Below are positions 37,250 to 45,907 of a DNA stretch of 56,661 nucleotides, one piece after another. Origin of the DNA: a virus (Duplodnaviria; Caudoviricetes); IMG/VR virus record IMGVR_UViG_3300025131_000044, positions 1 to 56,661 of that record, one strand, 5' to 3'. Position 1 is the stretch's first letter. Each line of letters opens with the position of its first letter. A model generated the notes under the pieces. That model worked only from the letters and a program-made list of their open reading frames with translations. It made no database searches and had not been told where the DNA came from. The translations under genes and the position numbers were made by a program.

Positions 37250-37493
37250 CTATCACTCCCATACTTGACTTAACACTTGTTTCAACACTTGTTTCATTCA
37301 CATCATTCTGTATCTTATCTGCTATCATCTGTTTAGCTTCCATCTCTATCTGTTGTGTTATTGCTAGTTTAGATATCATTCTTCTCTTATTACTACCGGC
37401 TCTCCATGCAGAATCGCTTACAATCATCTTAGGTTGATTTAACCCTTTTCTTTTTTTGAACTTGTGATGTTTACTTCTTGCCATTTGTATCAT
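37236..37493 (-). CDS. Hypothetical basic protein
   Basis: 85 aa, GAGGAG RBS. Confidence 0.55.
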   Translation of the reverse strand: MIQMARSKHHKFKKRKGLNQPKMIVSDSAWRAGSNKRRMISKLAITQQIEMEAKQMIADKIQNDVNETSVETSVKSSMGVIDESR

Positions 37494-37854
37494 TCTCCTC
37501 TATAAATTGTTTAACATACTTATCTTCTTTACTTACCCACTCTAACAACAACTCTGGTCGTTCAAGGGCATCCCATTTGTATTTGTAGTGAAATCCATCG
37601 TGACACCATTTACACAATACAACTCCGTTATTTCTATCATATCGCTTGTTCTTAAACTTATCCCATGAAGCAATATGATGAGCGTGGAGGACTCGTGTTG
37701 TCTTTCTTTTCTTCCCACACTTTACACACACATAGTACCGCCCGACTCCGTACCTTATCCGATTCAACTCAAATACATTCTTTCTCCAAGACTTGTATCT
37801 GACTTTTCCCCTACTACTCTTCCAACGAGGTGTGTTTTTGAATCTCTTCATCAA
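37471..37854 (-). CDS. HNH endonuclease
   Basis: CVKCG...LHAHHI...NGVVLCKWCHDGFH. Confidence 0.88.
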   Translation of the reverse strand: MMKRFKNTPRWKSSRGKVRYKSWRKNVFELNRIRYGVGRYYVCVKCGKKRKTTRVLHAHHIASWDKFKNKRYDRNNGVVLCKWCHDGFHYKYKWDALERPELLLEWVSKEDKYVKQFIEENDTNGKK

Positions 37855-38020
37855 ACAAGTCCATTATTTCATTTACCGCAGTGTCGTGCATTCCTTCCCA
37901 AGGTACTTGGATTTTTACACATTCGTGACCCTCTCTAACAATCTTTCGGATTTTACTCTTGAGTTCATCTCGTTCTGCTTGTTCTGTCACATCAACTATT
38001 TCTAATCCCGGACCACACAT
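37814..38020 (-). CDS. Hypothetical protein
   Basis: 68 aa ORF in operon. Confidence 0.55.
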   Translation of the reverse strand: MCGPGLEIVDVTEQAERDELKSKIRKIVREGHECVKIQVPWEGMHDTAVNEIMDLFDEEIQKHTSLEE

Positions 38021-38021
38021 T

Positions 38022-38273
38022 TTATTGTTCCTCTTTTTTTGGATTCATCACAATAAAAGGTGGTGACTCCAAGAAAATCTTTTCTTCCTCATGATGATGT
38101 TTTATGGCAACCATTTTTGCAACATCAATGGATTGTAAATGGTCTGTCTGTTTCACTTCTATCTTGTATTCCCGCACTTTCACACCTGATGTTAATGAGT
38201 ATTTACCCATAACATATTTGGTCATTTTAGTGTCGTGGAGTATAGCTTTTGGTATTCTTTTTCCTCTCGGCAT
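38022..38273 (-). CDS. Hypothetical protein
   Basis: 83 aa, AGGGGG RBS. Confidence 0.6.
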   Translation of the reverse strand: MPRGKRIPKAILHDTKMTKYVMGKYSLTSGVKVREYKIEVKQTDHLQSIDVAKMVAIKHHHEEEKIFLESPPFIVMNPKKEEQ

Positions 38274-38283
38274 GTTTATCCCC

Positions 38284-38493
38284 CTATACCATTACATTTT
38301 TTGCGACTGGACCTCTGTCACTTTCTCCAACTTCATAACTAACTTTTTGATTATCTGTAAGAGTTTTGTAACCTTCCATCATTATACTACTCATATGTAC
38401 GAATAAATCTTTATCACCGTTTTCTGGTGTTATGAATCCGTAACCTTTTTTATTGTCGAACCATTTAACGGTTCCTGTTTGTGTCTGTGTCAT
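38284..38493 (-). CDS. Cold-shock protein (CspA family)
   Basis: GTVKWF..KKGYGFI (RNP1), DLFVHMS (RNP2), RGPVAKNV. Confidence 0.95.
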   Translation of the reverse strand: MTQTQTGTVKWFDNKKGYGFITPENGDKDLFVHMSSIMMEGYKTLTDNQKVSYEVGESDRGPVAKNVMV

Positions 38494-38593
38494 TTTACTT
38501 TTTTACCTTTTGTTGTTTGTTTATCTTGTGTCATCGTATGTCTGTCACACGACCTCTTAAAATTTTCCTACACGAATCATTATAAAATTTTTT

Positions 38594-38992
38594 TCACGAA
38601 ATCGTCCATTGGTTCTCTAACATTTCCTGTCTACTATCAACTGCATTTTTTGCTTCTTTAAGACTACAATTATGTTTTGCTCTGTATTCTTTGATAGCAT
38701 TTATCTTCTTACCTTCTTTTATAAGGACATCTATACCGTCCCATTCACTAATTATCACGCCATCTTTTTTATACTTATTGTAAGTCCTCCACACTCTGTT
38801 TAAACTAGTCATATTGTGACTATCTATCTCATCGTAATCAGTTGTAGCAAATCTCACCATCATACCCCAATCAGAATCAAACAAATTGATTTGTTCAAAT
38901 TCCTCTATGTGTTTTTCCTGTAAGTCAAAATATAGTTTGCATACTTTTTCTATTTTGTGTTTTACTATAATATCAAATGTTTTTTTATCCAT
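38594..38992 (-). CDS. Protein with C-terminal ribosomal L7/L12-CTD-like domain
   Basis: GKKINAIKEYRAKHNCSLKEAKNAVD. Confidence 0.7.
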   Translation of the reverse strand: MDKKTFDIIVKHKIEKVCKLYFDLQEKHIEEFEQINLFDSDWGMMVRFATTDYDEIDSHNMTSLNRVWRTYNKYKKDGVIISEWDGIDVLIKEGKKINAIKEYRAKHNCSLKEAKNAVDSRQEMLENQWTIS

Positions 38993-39107
38993 TACCCGAC
39001 CAACTTCCATATCCAATATAATATTATGATTACAATCATAATTAACATACTACCACCTACCATCTTCTCACTAAATTCTATTTGGTCTTTTCTTTTACCT
39101 TGCCAAC

Positions 39108-39518
39108 TCATTTTAAATAATCCTGAATCTCTTCACTCTCTTGTGTCTCCCAAGGATATACTATCCACTCATCTGTTTTTTCATAGCAGAAAAATTCTGG
39201 TTTTACGATTGAATCCTTGTGATAATGCATGGTACATATTATGTTGTGTGGACTATCAAAATCTTTCAATGTATGTCCAGTATCAGCTATATCATCTACA
39301 ACCAATATTTTCTTTCTCGTTACTACTTTTCTATCATAGTAATTCATCAATAATGGCAGTCCTAAACTATGTGATAATGATACTGCTATCGGTAATCCAC
39401 CTCTTGGTAATCCATAGATAGCTCCTATTTCTTCCGTATTTATGTGCTTGACATAGACTGCTATCTTATTAATCATATCATCGTATTCGTCCCAAGATAT
39501 AAATTTTTTATTTACCAT
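39108..39518 (-). CDS. Type I phosphoribosyltransferase (xanthine/hypoxanthine PRT-like)
   Basis: GLPRGGL, ILVVDDIADTGHTL, WIVYPWE. Confidence 0.9.
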   Translation of the reverse strand: MVNKKFISWDEYDDMINKIAVYVKHINTEEIGAIYGLPRGGLPIAVSLSHSLGLPLLMNYYDRKVVTRKKILVVDDIADTGHTLKDFDSPHNIICTMHYHKDSIVKPEFFCYEKTDEWIVYPWETQESEEIQDYLK

Positions 39519-39796
39519 TATTTTTTCCTTTTTTCCCTTTTTTTCAGTTCGTCTATAACTCTTCCTATTCTATCTTTTTCTAACTGTGCCAGTACCAGTC
39601 CCCACCTTACACCTAATATTCTTTGAGTTATTCCAATTATGTATAGACATACACTAACAGCAAATAAAGCTCTCCAATTTAAATATTGATATGTAATAAT
39701 AAAAATAAGTATACATGCTAACACTTGTAGTCCATATAAGTTCCAATGATTAGATAAAAAGTCTTCCATGAACCTACTCATAACTGTTATCCTCAA
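39518..39796 (-). CDS. Small membrane protein
   Basis: Two hydrophobic helices; start uncertain. Confidence 0.6.
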   Translation of the reverse strand: MRITVMSRFMEDFLSNHWNLYGLQVLACILIFIITYQYLNWRALFAVSVCLYIIGITQRILGVRWGLVLAQLEKDRIGRVIDELKKREKRKK

Positions 39797-40052
39797 ATAA
39801 ATCTATCTGTCTTGAATTTTCATACTTCATTCTACTTGTTTCTCCAGCGCGTCTCCTGTAAACAGTTTTACCTCCATCTGGTGATTCATATATCCAAGGT
39901 TGTTCACCATAGTCCTCTGGATTACCAACCTCTAATCCATCCGTTGGTGTCCCGAATGTTAATTTTAATTTTAATTGTTCAATCTCTTTTTCTAAATCAG
40001 AGATTTTAGTAATGGCTTTACCTAATTCTATTTTATAAAATTCATTATTCAT
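39774..40052 (-). CDS. Hypothetical phage protein
   Basis: WIYESPDGGKTVYRR motif; AGGAG RBS. Confidence 0.7.
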   Translation of the reverse strand: MNNEFYKIELGKAITKISDLEKEIEQLKLKLTFGTPTDGLEVGNPEDYGEQPWIYESPDGGKTVYRRRAGETSRMKYENSRQIDLFEDNSYE

Positions 40053-40302
40053 TCATATCTCCTTTTTGTGATAAATCACGAATGTCTTTCCAGTACAAAT
40101 GTCTTATTTTACTACCTAACTGCATATCATTTGGATATTCTTTTACTAACTTTGACATTTTTTCTAATTCAGCTTCTAACAAATTTATCTTGTCTTCTAA
40201 CTCTTTGTGTCTTTCCATAAATTTTTCTAATTGACTGTCAACCCATAAAAATTTATCATTTTTGTTGTATTTTGATTTTAAATCATTTGGTATTCTGCTC
40301 AT
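40045..40302 (-). CDS. Hypothetical phage protein
   Basis: LVKEYPNDMQLGSKIR motif; GGAGG RBS. Confidence 0.7.
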   Translation of the reverse strand: MSRIPNDLKSKYNKNDKFLWVDSQLEKFMERHKELEDKINLLEAELEKMSKLVKEYPNDMQLGSKIRHLYWKDIRDLSQKGDMNE

Positions 40303-40320
40303 ATATCCTCCACTTGTTTA

Positions 40321-40503
40321 TTAAGAATAATCTCTCATAGAAAAATTATCTAAACTGTCATCACTAAAATTATAAGGTGTTTCATCCTCTATCTCAATAA
40401 TTATATCATCCAATCTTTCTACTACTGCACTAGTAGTTAGTTCTTCAACCTCTATATCATCCTTTAATGATTTTATCCTACTTACAATTTCACCAATACT
40501 CAT
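40321..40503 (-). CDS. Small acidic protein
   Basis: 60 aa, AGGAG RBS. Confidence 0.6.
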   Translation of the reverse strand: MSIGEIVSRIKSLKDDIEVEELTTSAVVERLDDIIIEIEDETPYNFSDDSLDNFSMRDYS

Positions 40504-40717
40504 TTAATCTCCTGTTCTTTCATTTTAGGTTTACCTGCTAAAATCCAACATATGTAATTCCAAACTACTGTTCTGAATGGTATTCCTACACAACTTATCA
40601 GATTTTTTTTCTTAAATAAAAATGTTTTTCTACATTTCATTAATTATTTTCCCCACAATTTATACATTACACACATACAAAATATTACTAAAAATAACCA
40701 TATCATATCAATCATAT

Positions 40718-40900
40718 TTATCCACTCTCTCTGTTAAATTGTTCTTTGATTTTGTCCTCTGCTCGCCTACCATAGTTAATTTTATTTTCTATTATGTCAT
40801 TTTCTAAATCGTGTCGTAGTAAATCTAAATCTTGTGATTCAGTATCTACATCTTGATACAGAACATTCTGTATTCTATCTAATATTTCTTGTTTAGTCAT
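40718..40900 (-). CDS. Hypothetical protein
   Basis: 60 aa, AAGGAG RBS. Confidence 0.6.
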   Translation of the reverse strand: MTKQEILDRIQNVLYQDVDTESQDLDLLRHDLENDIIENKINYGRRAEDKIKEQFNRESG

Positions 40901-40966
40901 ATTTTTTGCTCCTTAAATAACGAAACAATTCTAATGTAAGGATTTTATTATATATCCATCTTATTA

Positions 40967-41374
40967 TCATAAATAATTTGGTCCGGTCCAAGAGAAACTC
41001 TTATGAAACTCCGAATCAAAGATACTACCTCTACTATGTTTAGCAACTGCTCTCCAACTCTCAGCTTTCATAATATCACCAACCTTAATTGGAGCACCTT
41101 TATGTTCACCATCAACTAATGATATAAATCCCCATACACTATTATCGTGTATTACCTTAATAAATTTTCTACCTGGTTTAAGTGATAAGTCAAGTGTTTT
41201 GCTCATCCTATTACCACACCAAGAATCATAATTCTCTTGTATCTTAACAAGTAAATTATCCATAGCTTCATCAAACGATAAACCATTCGTTGAAGGTTTC
41301 TTCGGTGTTGGTGTTTTATCTGATACTATCGGTTTAATTCCATTTATCATATGATGGGTCTCCTTTTTTTCCAT
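40967..41374 (-). CDS. Conserved-type phage protein
   Basis: GRKFIKVI..SVWGFI...GDIMKAESWRAVAKHSRGSI..WTGPNYL. Confidence 0.75.
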   Translation of the reverse strand: MEKKETHHMINGIKPIVSDKTPTPKKPSTNGLSFDEAMDNLLVKIQENYDSWCGNRMSKTLDLSLKPGRKFIKVIHDNSVWGFISLVDGEHKGAPIKVGDIMKAESWRAVAKHSRGSIFDSEFHKSFSWTGPNYL

Positions 41375-41726
41375 ATCTGTAACCTTCTTTATAAGACTTG
41401 ATATCCTTCGGAACTATAACCCAACCAGTTCGTTGCATTTTATCATTAACATCAAGATAACTGAACACTCTTCGAGCCATATCCCAATACGACTCTTTTA
41501 CAATTTCCATGTGCATTTCTTCTAATCGTGAACATACAATATCATAGTCTTCTATTTGTTCTCGAATACACTCAGCAATCAATTCACGCTGATTTGATGT
41601 AACAACCTGTCGTGTAACAGACTTGTTATACTTTTTAGTTCCTGGATTATAATAAGAGTCTTTGTAGACAATACCACCGTCAACTGAAAAACTCTTAATT
41701 TTACTGAAATCTAATCCTTTACTCAT
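41334..41726 (-). CDS. Hypothetical protein
   Basis: 130 aa ORF in early operon. Confidence 0.65.
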   Translation of the reverse strand: MSKGLDFSKIKSFSVDGGIVYKDSYYNPGTKKYNKSVTRQVVTSNQRELIAECIREQIEDYDIVCSRLEEMHMEIVKESYWDMARRVFSYLDVNDKMQRTGWVIVPKDIKSYKEGYRYGKKGDPSYDKWN

Positions 41727-41855
41727 TTATAATACCTCTACTTCCAGTTGTGGAATGTCTATCATACTACACCTCCAACAAGTTACCGCTGTAACATCGT
41801 CATCACAACCGATAACTTCGTCACAACCTTCTGTTTTACAATTTAATTCATTCAT
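41727..41855 (-). CDS. 42-aa Zn-ribbon peptide
   Basis: MNELNCKTEGCDEVIGCDDDVTAVTCWRCSM...; AAGGAG RBS after an early promoter. Confidence 0.65.
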   Translation of the reverse strand: MNELNCKTEGCDEVIGCDDDVTAVTCWRCSMIDIPQLEVEVL

Positions 41856-41882
41856 ATTTATTTCTCCTTTTATTTACTTTAT

Positions 41883-41922
41883 AATATACGAAACTTTTTA
41901 TATTAATGTCAAGCTTTTTTTT
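41883..41922 (-). promoter_or_regulatory. Sigma70-type early promoter
   Basis: A-tract-GC-TTGACA-N18-TATATT. Confidence 0.8.
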
Positions 41923-42370
41923 CATCTTTTTTAAATAAATCTTCACTTACCCTTTTATATACCTTATTGAGTGCATCCATCTGTTTTTTAGTAATTCTTA
42001 AATTTTCTCTGACATATTCTTTTACTTTCTTTACAAAATCAACTGCTCTGTCATTTTTTTGTTCTGCTAACATAAGTACCATATTTATCTTTTCAACTAT
42101 AGGAGTTAATGTTTCCATCCTTTCTTTTCTCTTAGATTCATCATAACGAGGGTCATTATTCATTGCATTACGAACTGATTGAATCATTTTATCTGACATC
42201 CTACGACTACCTGTTATTAATATCTGATACATATCTACTAAAAATTTGTTGTTTTTGATTACATCAAGATTTTCTTTTAACCATTGTATTTCTTTTGAAT
42301 AGAGGTTTTTGTTTGTGTCTCTATTAAGTTTCATAGTTTCTGGTTTTGGTTTACGATAGAATTTATTCAT
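41909..42370 (-). CDS. Hypothetical protein
   Basis: Start moved to MNKFYRK. Confidence 0.65.
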   Translation of the reverse strand: MNKFYRKPKPETMKLNRDTNKNLYSKEIQWLKENLDVIKNNKFLVDMYQILITGSRRMSDKMIQSVRNAMNNDPRYDESKRKERMETLTPIVEKINMVLMLAEQKNDRAVDFVKKVKEYVRENLRITKKQMDALNKVYKRVSEDLFKKDEKKA

Positions 42371-42602
42371 ATTTTTTCCACAACCCATTACAACAATGAC
42401 CATCTTCAGGTGCCAATGTTTTAAACTCATGTTTTCTGATATCATTTATCAAAGTCATAACATAATCCTTATCAGTTTTTGTATCATGATAATTATAACT
42501 TCCATCACCACGAAAAGCATCATTTATGCGATACTTTAATTTTAATAATTTTTCAATTATAGGATTTTTGATTTTTGCTGGTTTCTCTTCAGTTGGTTTC
42601 AT
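42363..42602 (-). CDS. Hypothetical protein
   Basis: 79 aa, GAGG RBS. Confidence 0.6.
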   Translation of the reverse strand: MKPTEEKPAKIKNPIIEKLLKLKYRINDAFRGDGSYNYHDTKTDKDYVMTLINDIRKHEFKTLAPEDGHCCNGLWKKYE

Positions 42603-42711
42603 TATTTATACCTCTTTTTGTTGAATACATTTCTGTCTAACCACCTTACAACTATTGCTACTACAACAAAAAATAAAAGTGTAAGACCTACATTTACAAA
42701 TTCGTTAACTA

Positions 42712-42897
42712 CTATTTCCATTTATTTCCCCTTATACTTATTGAAGTTAATCTTAAACCCTCTTCACCAGAAGCTTTATCGTCTAAGTCGTCTAATTTTT
42801 CTAATTCTTTACAATTATATCGTTGCGTTTCACAAGCATAACAATCTTTATCTCCACAATGTACTCCATAAATATGTCCTTCTTTTATTGAACTCAT
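42712..42897 (-). CDS. Small Cys/His protein
   Basis: MSSIKEGH..HCGDKDCYAC; AAGGAG RBS. Confidence 0.6.
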   Translation of the reverse strand: MSSIKEGHIYGVHCGDKDCYACETQRYNCKELEKLDDLDDKASGEEGLRLTSISIRGNKWK

Positions 42898-42939
42898 ATT
42901 TTCTCCTTTTTTAATATTTATTCTCTCAATCACTACTAT

Positions 42940-42979
42940 AATATAAGAAGGTTTATACCACAATGTCAAGCTTTTTTTT
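42940..42979 (-). promoter_or_regulatory. Sigma70-type early promoter
   Basis: A-tract-GC-TTGACA-N18-TATATT. Confidence 0.8.
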
Positions 42980-43027
42980 CACTTTTTTTATCTTTTTTTT
43001 AAATATTTATTAACAAAGAGAGATATT

Positions 43028-43438
43028 ATGGCAAATCAACAAAGAACACGATTAATTGAACAAATGTTAGATTATTATGACCTTGACACTGAGGTTATAT
43101 TTTTACCTTCAATACCTCGTCTATTAAATAATATCAACCGTTCTAAAAGAATTAGAAACACTGAGGGAAGTATAACATATGCTGAATATTTATTTGATAA
43201 CGATGTCATATATTTAAATGAAAGTGCTGTGAACTCTAACAGACAATTTATTTTAACTGTACTTCATGAAATTGACCATGCTATAGAAGCTGACGAAAGA
43301 AGTGCTGAACAATTTGAACAAGAATACTTTAATGAGACTGCAACAACTGGATACTATAACAATATATATGAAATTCAAGCTGAAAGATTTGCTGAACAAA
43401 ACTATAATTTCTGGTCAGAAAAACTTAAAAGACTTTAA
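43028..43438 (+). CDS. Zincin-like metallopeptidase domain protein
   Basis: TVLHEIDHA...YYNNIYEIQAERF. Confidence 0.8.
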   Translation: MANQQRTRLIEQMLDYYDLDTEVIFLPSIPRLLNNINRSKRIRNTEGSITYAEYLFDNDVIYLNESAVNSNRQFILTVLHEIDHAIEADERSAEQFEQEYFNETATTGYYNNIYEIQAERFAEQNYNFWSEKLKRL

Positions 43439-43845
43439 AACAATTCCATTTTTTTAAATTTATTATACCATTTCTTCCAATTCTGCTGCCCAAACTCTTC
43501 AGCCTCTATCTCATACTTATTATCTTTATACTCATGTTTATTTTGAGATATTTGATAATTCATTTCCCATTCATACATAGCCTTGAATCTTCTCCAGCCA
43601 TATTTCTTTGAATCCATAGCGTGTCTTATTTCGTGAATTATTGTGATTAGAAAGTCTTTTGTTTGACTTTTCTTTATTACTTTATACCGTGTAGATAATT
43701 CCAATGTTCCGGCATCAACATTGTAATGTGCATGGTCTTTCATTGATTTCTGTTTTACTTTGACACTACTTACTTTGTAATGTTTAAATAAAATTGAAAC
43801 CATTTGCCATTTATTTGATTCTGATATAAATTCTTTAATCAACAT
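43435..43845 (-). CDS. Zincin-like metallopeptidase domain protein with MLIKEFISE leader
   Basis: TIIHEIRHA...YKDNKYEIEAEEF. Confidence 0.8.
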   Translation of the reverse strand: MLIKEFISESNKWQMVSILFKHYKVSSVKVKQKSMKDHAHYNVDAGTLELSTRYKVIKKSQTKDFLITIIHEIRHAMDSKKYGWRRFKAMYEWEMNYQISQNKHEYKDNKYEIEAEEFGQQNWKKWYNKFKKMELF

Positions 43846-44074
43846 CTTTTTTTATTTTTAATTTAGGTGGTGGGGGGTTATTGATGATGACTTGTTTCCA
43901 CCCGTTACCCTCTGGTATTCTATCATCTATAAATGGACTATCCTCATGTACTACAATTGTACTACCACTTATTTCAGATGGATTTTCCTGATACTCTTCT
44001 AGAACATCTTTAGCGGACTTAATCATATCATCTGCCAATTTTTGTAACTCTTTATTTATTTTTTTTTCTGACAT
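43835..44074 (-). CDS. Hypothetical protein
   Basis: 79 aa ORF in operon. Confidence 0.6.
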   Translation of the reverse strand: MSEKKINKELQKLADDMIKSAKDVLEEYQENPSEISGSTIVVHEDSPFIDDRIPEGNGWKQVIINNPPPPKLKIKKDVD

Positions 44075-44134
44075 TTCTTTTTTTCTTTTTAGGTGCTTCT
44101 ATATGTGTTGGATATTCTGAATCCCAATAATCCA

Positions 44135-44389
44135 TTATTTTTTCTCCCTAAATTCACCAGCTTTTTTCATAGCTCTATCCAAAGCATTTCGTTCTTTCTT
44201 ACTCATCACATTTTTCTTTGGTGCTTTACCACCTACCCAAGCTTCATTAAAATCTTTAGTAGATTTATCATCTGCTCTATATCTACCTTTTGTTCTTGCT
44301 CGCTTTGGTTTAGGTCTTCGTTCTGTTCCGAATATCATTTCCCATATATCATCAACTAATTCGTTAAATCTTTCTAAATCCTTATTCAT
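44135..44389 (-). CDS. Hypothetical basic phage protein
   Basis: KRARTKGRYRADDKST..NEAWVGGKAP motif. Confidence 0.65.
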   Translation of the reverse strand: MNKDLERFNELVDDIWEMIFGTERRPKPKRARTKGRYRADDKSTKDFNEAWVGGKAPKKNVMSKKERNALDRAMKKAGEFREKK

Positions 44390-44398
44390 GTTTTGTCT

Positions 44399-44608
44399 CT
44401 ATTGTAATTTTATGTCATATTCATTTACATACCAAATAGTATCATTTTCATCAATGACTCTATAATCTTTATCTGGAAAACCTACTGCACCAATCTTGAC
44501 AACAGTATCTTTATAAAGTATTCCTTCTTTAGTCTGTAAATTTGCTAAGACTTTTGCTTTTTTTCCTCTTAACTCTTCTGGCTTTTGGAGGTGTTGATTT
44601 TTTTTCAA
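44399..44608 (-). CDS. Small SH3-like beta protein
   Basis: 69 aa, TTG start, YRVIDENDTIWYV. Confidence 0.55.
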   Translation of the reverse strand: MKKNQHLQKPEELRGKKAKVLANLQTKEGILYKDTVVKIGAVGFPDKDYRVIDENDTIWYVNEYDIKLQ

Positions 44609-44849
44609 TGTTTATTCCTTCTTCTTCATTTTTTTCAACATTATGTTGAGCAACTATTCTTTTGTTTCTTTCATCTACAGTTTCCTGTATTTTTGCACAC
44701 TCTTCTTTACTGAAAACATTGTCATAACCCTCATCCAGACAAATTCTTTCTGTTATATCAGAAATTATTTTATCTCTGACTTCTTTTGCATATAAGTTTA
44801 GACCACCACTTGATTCTAAAACTATATCTATTATGTCTTTAATATTCAT
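44529..44849 (-). CDS. Hypothetical protein
   Basis: 106 aa, AGGAG RBS. Confidence 0.55.
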   Translation of the reverse strand: MNIKDIIDIVLESSGGLNLYAKEVRDKIISDITERICLDEGYDNVFSKEECAKIQETVDERNKRIVAQHNVEKNEEEGINIEKKSTPPKARRVKRKKSKSLSKFTD

Positions 44850-44858
44850 TTTTTTCTC

Positions 44859-45353
44859 CTATTTACAAAATGTTTTTGATGATGTGAAACTTCCATTAAA
44901 AGATAAATAACAATTTGGACAAAGTAATCTTAAATTTTCGTATTTATTGTTTTTATTATCCCCGTCCACGAAGTCTACCGTTAAACAAACTTTTTCAGTT
45001 AAAAGATTTGCTTCATTATAATTACAATTGGAACATTCTTCTTGAAAATATCCTTCTTCTATCAATCTCTTTTTAAACATTCCTAAACTGTACTTAGATT
45101 CTATTTTCCCTGAAAAAATATCTTCTAACGATATTTTATAAGTTGCCCAGCCTTTCTTAACTCCTACACCTGACTGATTCTTATGTCCTTCAAATAAGTT
45201 ATACATCTTAGCATATTTTTTATATGTATTATAACTCACTCCTAACCATCTGGATGCTTCTGCATTAGATTTAGTATTTTCAATAGCATTTTCTACCATT
45301 TTTTTAGTAAGTACAAATCTTCTACCTGGTATATGAAGTGGTCTGTTAATCAT
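44859..45353 (-). CDS. HTH + HNH-fold protein (degenerate active site)
   Basis: SNAEASRWLGVSYNTYKKY (HTH); CSNC...VDFVDGDNKNNKYENLRLLCPNCY. Confidence 0.8.
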   Translation of the reverse strand: MINRPLHIPGRRFVLTKKMVENAIENTKSNAEASRWLGVSYNTYKKYAKMYNLFEGHKNQSGVGVKKGWATYKISLEDIFSGKIESKYSLGMFKKRLIEEGYFQEECSNCNYNEANLLTEKVCLTVDFVDGDNKNNKYENLRLLCPNCYLSFNGSFTSSKTFCK

Positions 45354-45565
45354 TGGTCTTTTATATAGACTTCCCTTGTAGAACTTATTTCTACATACTG
45401 TTTAGCCACTAGATTCAGGGCCTTTTTTTCATCAATTTTTCGATGTACTGGATTGAGTTCACTACCATACTTTTTATTTAACCAAAATAAATCATCACCA
45501 TCTATTTCATGAAATCTGTACATTGTCCACTCAATTGAACGAGCATCTATCGGTGTATCAGCCAT
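45350..45565 (-). CDS. Hypothetical protein
   Basis: 71 aa ORF. Confidence 0.6.
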   Translation of the reverse strand: MADTPIDARSIEWTMYRFHEIDGDDLFWLNKKYGSELNPVHRKIDEKKALNLVAKQYVEISSTREVYIKDQ

Positions 45566-45682
45566 TATTTTTTCTTTCCACTTTTTGAATTATTGTTTAA
45601 ATTACTTATTGAACTTTTAATTTCATTTAAAGATGTAAATATGTTCTCTAATAGATTTAACATTGTGTCATCTCTTTTGATT

Positions 45683-45907
45683 TCATTCTCTGTTCTTGCC
45701 ATTTTTTGTTTCCTCCTGTAATAAAGTTTTTATTGTTTTTTCACTTTCTTTAGCATCATTGTCAGATGCATGTTTACGGACAAATTCTTCAATGTCCATA
45801 TTTAATCTTCTTAGTTCTGATAATGCTAAGTCTCTTACAAAACCTTCTTCCTCAGAATCAACGACAGTTGTCATTAATTTCTCTATGTACGAACCTAATT
45901 TGGTCAT
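45683..45907 (-). CDS. Hypothetical protein
   Basis: GAGGAG RBS, upstream TATTTATA. Confidence 0.65.
   Translation of the reverse strand: MTKLGSYIEKLMTTVVDSEEEGFVRDLALSELRRLNMDIEEFVRKHASDNDAKESEKTIKTLLQEETKNGKNRE

Noticed and set aside
37471-37854. HNH gene as part of an intron or intein
   Set aside because: Free-standing between small ORFs; no split host gene or intron core seen
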